Virus record (IMG/VR): IMGVR_UViG_2698536372_000014
From: a virus
Lineage: Duplodnaviria > Heunggongvirae > Uroviricota > Caudoviricetes
Direction: 5' to 3' (one strand)
DNA length: 9,898 nt
The position numbers and the translations under genes were made by a program. The stretch's first letter is position 1. Every line of letters begins with the position of its first letter. Shown piece by piece: positions 6,776 to 9,898 of this stretch. Under the pieces are notes generated by a model. The model was not told the origin of the DNA. It worked only from the letters and a program-made list of their open reading frames with translations, and did not search any database.

Positions 6776-7298
6776 ACGAACCCCTGGCAGACATTTGTTT
6801 ATCTGCAAAGTAATATTGGTATTGCTGACGATACGCGTGCTTGAAAGCAATAGCTTTTTCTATAAGCTCGTCAGTCTCACGTTCCACAACAACTGGATCC
6901 GCAAAAAGCAGCCCGGACTCCACCACATCGCCATATTCTTTGTTTAACCCGGCGATCATGTACGTAATGCTTTTTCCGTCAGTAATTTCACAATACAATC
7001 TGAAATCGCTGATCCGGATAGCCTCCATAATTGCCGGAATCAGCGCCGTGAATTTGTCACGCTTATCTCTGGTGTCGATAGCTTTCCAGCGTTCGAATAT
7101 CTTCACCCGGTTAACGCCCAGCGCCCGTTGATCAACCTCGCCATCATTAAACGTGACGCGTTGAACATCGATGTTCGGGCGTTCTTTCAGAGCCCAGAAT
7201 GCTTCCGTGATTAATATCGTCGCCTGCTCCTGTGTCATTCCTGGTCGGCATACCCAGGTATCCAGAGCCTCACAAACCTGTTCAGTGGTGATTTTCAT
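6747..7298 (-). CDS. Hypothetical protein at the cII position, possibly YdaT-like
   Basis: 183-aa ORF immediately downstream of the Cro-like gene, overlapping its 3' end by 17 nt; the TALIPAIMEAI segment resembles a motif I associate with YdaT-family proteins. Tentative. Confidence 0.5.
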   Translation of the reverse strand: MKITTEQVCEALDTWVCRPGMTQEQATILITEAFWALKERPNIDVQRVTFNDGEVDQRALGVNRVKIFERWKAIDTRDKRDKFTALIPAIMEAIRISDFRLYCEITDGKSITYMIAGLNKEYGDVVESGLLFADPVVVERETDELIEKAIAFKHAYRQQYQYYFADKQMSARGSYEYRCTTMG

Positions 7299-7509
7299 TG
7301 TTCAACCGCCCCGCCCGCTTTGCCTTACGATATTCGTCATAAACTTTGGGGTCGTACTGAAGTTCCCCGCCGGATGCCTCTTGCAGGCGCATCGCGCGAC
7401 CTTCAGGAACCAGTTCCCCCCATGCAGCAACGCTTGCCAGCCTAACTCCTGCGACATTGGCAAGCTTTGTTTTGCTGCCAAAAAACGCTATAGCATCAAT
7501 TTTCAACAT
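7282..7509 (-). CDS. dicC: Cro-like DNA-binding protein DicC (YdaS family)
   Basis: 75 aa, MLKIDAIAFFGSKTKLA...VPEGRAMRLQEASGGELQYDPKVYDEYRK.KRAGRLNNENH, very close to K-12 DicC as I recall it; AAGGGG 5 nt upstream of ATG 7509; divergent from dicA. Confidence 0.8.
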   Translation of the reverse strand: MLKIDAIAFFGSKTKLANVAGVRLASVAAWGELVPEGRAMRLQEASGGELQYDPKVYDEYRKAKRAGRLNNENHH

Positions 7510-7585
7510 ATCGAACCCCTTAGATTTTCCTAAGGAAACTAGATCGTAGAGAAACCTAAGTCAAGAAAAATTAGAATTACCTAAT
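7510..7585. promoter_or_regulatory. Divergent dicC/dicA promoter-operator region
   Basis: 76-bp AT-rich intergenic region between divergent repressor genes, containing CCTTAG (7518-7523), CCTAAG (7529-7534, within the palindrome TTCCTAAGGAA) and CCTAAG (7555-7560). Confidence 0.55.
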
Positions 7586-7993
7586 ATGAAAAACGAAACC
7601 TTCGGTGCTCGCCTCTTATACAGGCGAAAAAAATTAAAACTGTCTCAGGCCGCATTAGGTAAGCTGGTCAAAGTGGCTCACGTAACAATTTCTCAATGGG
7701 AAAGAGATGAAACACAGCCAGCGGGGAAGAGATTATTCGCACTGAGCCAGGCGCTTCAGTGCTCGCCGACTTGGCTTCTTTTTGGAGATGAAGATAAGCA
7801 ACCAGGCGAACCGATCCCAGATAATCAGCCAGTCAATCTGACAGAAGATCAAAAAGAGTTGCTTCAACTGTTCGACGCACTGCCTGAGTCAGAGCAAAAG
7901 GCTCTGTTGTCAGAGATGCGTGCTCGAGTTGAGAATTTCAACAAACTTTTTGAAGAACTACTCAAAGCTCGCAAAAGAAGCGCAAATAAATAA
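7586..7993 (+). CDS. dicA: XRE-family HTH repressor DicA (cI functional analogue)
   Basis: 135 aa; the HTH region (LSQAALGKLVKVAHVTISQWERDETQP) and the strongly conserved FALSQALQCSPTWLLFGDEDKQP plus the C-terminal ALPESEQ...EMRARVENFNKLFEELLKAR match DicA as I recall it. Confidence 0.85.
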   Translation: MKNETFGARLLYRRKKLKLSQAALGKLVKVAHVTISQWERDETQPAGKRLFALSQALQCSPTWLLFGDEDKQPGEPIPDNQPVNLTEDQKELLQLFDALPESEQKALLSEMRARVENFNKLFEELLKARKRSANK

Positions 7994-8059
7994 CCCCCCT
8001 TTTTTTCGCAACTCTCTGTAATAAAAAGCACAAACTTTCAAATACTTGTGTTTTTTACA

Positions 8060-8125
8060 TCAAGAAGCTTAGGTTTTTCTACACAAAAAGCTTGACCATA
8101 ACTCTTAGGCTATTCTAAATTCTAC
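8060..8125 (+). promoter_or_regulatory. Putative promoter of the rightward dicB-type operon with flanking CTTAGG repeats
   Basis: -35 TTGACC (8092-8097), 17-bp spacer, -10 CTAAAT (8115-8120); CTTAGG at 8068-8073 and 8104-8109 brackets the -35. A GAGGA-type RBS and GTG 8201 follow about 80 nt downstream. Confidence 0.45.
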
Positions 8126-8200
8126 TCATCAAGACACCGCACGGTGTTCTCAGCAAACAGTTCCGCTACCCGGCGTTAAGGGGAAGCAGAGGATTTCTCA

Positions 8201-8557
8201 GTGGGCGAAGTCAAACATCAGAATGGAAGGCGTCCAGGGATCAGCAAAGAAACAGCGATGGCGCTTTATATTGATATCAGCGCCATTGCCGGACAGGTAA
8301 GAGTTATCAGAGCGGTAACTAAGCGGTATGCGCCTTTACTTCAGAAAGTCTCTGGTGAGTGCACCGAAGATATTGTCAACGATTTCGTCATCGAACTGCG
8401 AGGACTCATCTTCAGTTACAAGGTGACCACAATTTTTGCAGATGGCTCCCGCGAAACTGTCAGAGCCCTGCGGCTTAAAGGATGTGTCAAAGACTTAGCC
8501 ACCACATTCTGGGCAAGAAAACTTGATTGTATTCATAACCAATTTCCTCTCGAGTAA
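8201..8557 (+). CDS. Hypothetical protein, first ORF of the DicA-controlled operon (118 aa from GTG 8201; alternative ATG at 8258)
   Basis: Open frame with AGAGGA about 6 nt upstream of GTG 8201, immediately downstream of the predicted promoter; no recognisable family. Confidence 0.45.
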   Translation: MGEVKHQNGRRPGISKETAMALYIDISAIAGQVRVIRAVTKRYAPLLQKVSGECTEDIVNDFVIELRGLIFSYKVTTIFADGSRETVRALRLKGCVKDLATTFWARKLDCIHNQFPLE

Positions 8558-8629
8558 CAGACCCCTCAGAGGATACCACCTCGCCTGACGTGGTTAAAAA
8601 GCAGGCAACGCTAACCACAAGGAGCCGAC

Positions 8630-8848
8630 ATGCAGAAACGAGACCCCGTCATCATCGCGCCAGACTATACCGATGATGAACTTTATGAGTGGATGCACCA
8701 GAAAATTAAGGCGGTGCAGGACCTGAAATGGGCCAATGAAGCCAGGGCTAAGCAGGCTGAAAATCTGTCCGCTCTGGAGCAGGATATCACCAATCTGGAA
8801 AAAGCAGCGGCATTAAGCATTGCCAGAATGATTACATACCCACGTTAA
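8630..8848 (+). CDS. Hypothetical small protein (72 aa), YdfC-like by size and position
   Basis: ATG 8630 with strong AAGGAG 5 nt upstream; same length as K-12 YdfC, which sits upstream of dicF in Qin. Sequence identity to YdfC is not verified. Confidence 0.6.
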   Translation: MQKRDPVIIAPDYTDDELYEWMHQKIKAVQDLKWANEARAKQAENLSALEQDITNLEKAAALSIARMITYPR

Positions 8849-8870
8849 TAGCTAACCAACGAGGCTAATA

Positions 8871-9278
8871 ATGGAATTTAAAGATTTACCAACGCCATTA
8901 CAGGAAATGGCATCGAATATAGTTCGTTCACAACTGGCTACTCTTGACCTTAGTACCGCAGAAAAAGAAACCATCGATAATATGGTTCGTAATGTGCGCA
9001 ATGCTTTTTCTGGGCTATATGGTTCTGATAATCAAAAGCAGGAAAGCGATGTTAATAAACGGGTAATTTCTGTTTGCGTGAATGGCCATGTTCTTTCATC
9101 AATCAAAACAGAAACGGCGACAGTCTTCGATTGCCTTTGCATTGTACAGAGCCTTGTTGATGCCCTGTTTCGTTCAGTGAATTTAGAAAATGATGCAAAT
9201 CTGCGAGGGCGCATAATAGCACATCCATATGCACATACTTTAGGCTCTGTGGATATCAAAGATCCCACAAATCTTTAA
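8871..9278 (+). CDS. Hypothetical protein (135 aa) in the AT-rich cargo segment
   Basis: ATG 8871 with GAGG 6 nt upstream; AT-rich codon usage distinct from flanking genes; a long ORF despite AT-richness argues it is real. No recognisable family. Confidence 0.55.
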   Translation: MEFKDLPTPLQEMASNIVRSQLATLDLSTAEKETIDNMVRNVRNAFSGLYGSDNQKQESDVNKRVISVCVNGHVLSSIKTETATVFDCLCIVQSLVDALFRSVNLENDANLRGRIIAHPYAHTLGSVDIKDPTNL

Positions 9279-9489
9279 TGAAATAGTTAACGCGAATTGT
9301 ACTTGCTCTTTCGGTTGCTTTCAGAATACGCGTTGAAACTGCTGGCGGTAATTTGGTATTCCATTTATTAAAATCATGCCCGGGAAAGTACTCTTCGAAA
9401 ATACTTTTAACTGCAGACTCGCCTATTGAAATGCTGCTTACCATGCGATTTTGATAAAGGCATTTAGCAATAAGAGTTGATTTTAACAT
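9256..9489 (-). CDS. Hypothetical small protein (77 aa), convergent with and overlapping the 3' end of the 135-aa gene
   Basis: ATG 9489 preceded by a near-consensus AGGAGGG 4-5 nt upstream; AT-rich; antisense to the DicF precursor transcript. No recognisable family. Confidence 0.5.
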   Translation of the reverse strand: MLKSTLIAKCLYQNRMVSSISIGESAVKSIFEEYFPGHDFNKWNTKLPPAVSTRILKATERASTIRVNYFIKDLWDL

Positions 9490-9822
9490 TCACCCTCCTG
9501 AGGGTTGGTAATTAAGGAGTTCTCCACGGGTGAAGTGGAGTGCGTGCGCCGGACACGGGTGAACATCCGGCACTGACAGTTTACTGAAAGGATATTTCTC
9601 TGAAAAGTCAGACCATAACGCGAAAGCGCACGGCGAGGTAGCTGGTTCATAGATAGCCTGTCGTTAAATTTTCGTCGACCGTGCGCTTCCGGTTGTGGCA
9701 ATCCGCGAAATGGCGCGGCGGTAAGTATGGAGGGGTTATTCCTTCCCCGTTGAGGACACCGGGTTGTCAGGTTGACCATACGCTTAAGTGACAACCCCGC
9801 TGCAACGCCCTCTGTTATCAAT
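9490..9822. other. GC-rich, highly structured non-coding segment between the cargo genes and DicF
   Basis: No convincing ORF on either strand (the minus ORF 9483-9821 has a TTG start and arginine-rich junk composition). Multiple stems: GCCGGA/TCCGGC (9548-9570), AGCGCACGG/CCGTGCGCT (9625-9687), CCGCG/CGCGG (9702-9717), GGGTTGTCA/TGACAACCC (9761-9797), plus a CGC-GAAA-GCG tetraloop hairpin. Confidence 0.35.
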
Positions 9823-9875
9823 TTTCTGGTGACGTTTGGCGGTATCAGTTTTACTCCGTGACTGCTCTGCCGCCC
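9823..9875 (+). ncRNA. dicF: DicF small regulatory RNA (antisense inhibitor of ftsZ translation) with its 3' terminator
   Basis: TTTCTGGTGACGTTTGGCGGTATCAGTTTTACTCCGTGACTGCTCTGCCGCCC followed by TTTTT matches the 53-nt DicF sequence as I recall it, including the terminal GC stem and U-tract. Confidence 0.8.
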
Positions 9876-9898
9876 TTTTTAAAGTGAATTTTGTGATG

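Noticed and set aside
6483-7533. Plus-strand ORFs 6483-6947, 6841-7131 and 7171-7533
   Set aside because: Antisense to the O-like, YdaT-like and dicC genes, which have recognisable homology or RBS support.
9483-9821. 112-aa minus-strand ORF across the GC-rich structured region
   Set aside because: TTG start without RBS and an arginine/proline-rich translation typical of a non-coding GC-rich frame; the region is better explained as structured RNA.
9490-9822. Retron msr/msd ncRNA hypothesis for the structured region
   Set aside because: No reverse transcriptase gene follows on either strand within the window (DicF follows directly), and no flanking a1/a2 inverted repeats were identified.
9896-9898. 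Start of dicB at the final ATG
   Set aside because: Only 3 nt are available, and the spacing to DicF is shorter than I recall for K-12; cannot be supported from this window.
1-9898. CRISPR arrays, tRNA/rRNA genes, IS elements or integrase/att sites
   Set aside because: No short direct repeats with regular spacers, no tRNA-like cloverleaf candidates, no transposase-like ORFs and no terminal inverted repeats were seen; the only repeats are the in-gene tandem duplication and the ori iterons.

Overview
This window reads as the early region of a lambdoid (Qin/dicA-type) prophage from an Escherichia-like enterobacterium; all identifications rest on reading the translations and motifs by eye, with no database search. 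On the minus strand, from high to low coordinates, lie a Cro-like DicC, a YdaT-like protein at the cII position, an O-like replication initiator with ori iterons inside it, a lambda-P-like helicase loader, a frameshifted winged-helix protein, degraded ORF fragments, an AT-rich orphan periplasmic binding protein, a hok/mok type I toxin locus, a Rem-like ORF, a small basic ORF, a DUF968/Ref-like HNH protein carrying a 186-bp in-frame tandem duplication, and the start of rusA. On the plus strand, a DicA-like repressor is followed by a promoter and an operon of unknown genes ending at the DicF sRNA. The best candidate for an undescribed system is an AT-rich cargo block at 8849-9489 inside this repressor-controlled operon: two convergent small genes with strong ribosome-binding sites, next to a 330-nt GC-rich highly structured non-coding segment just upstream of DicF. 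No CRISPR array, tRNA, rRNA or IS element was seen.
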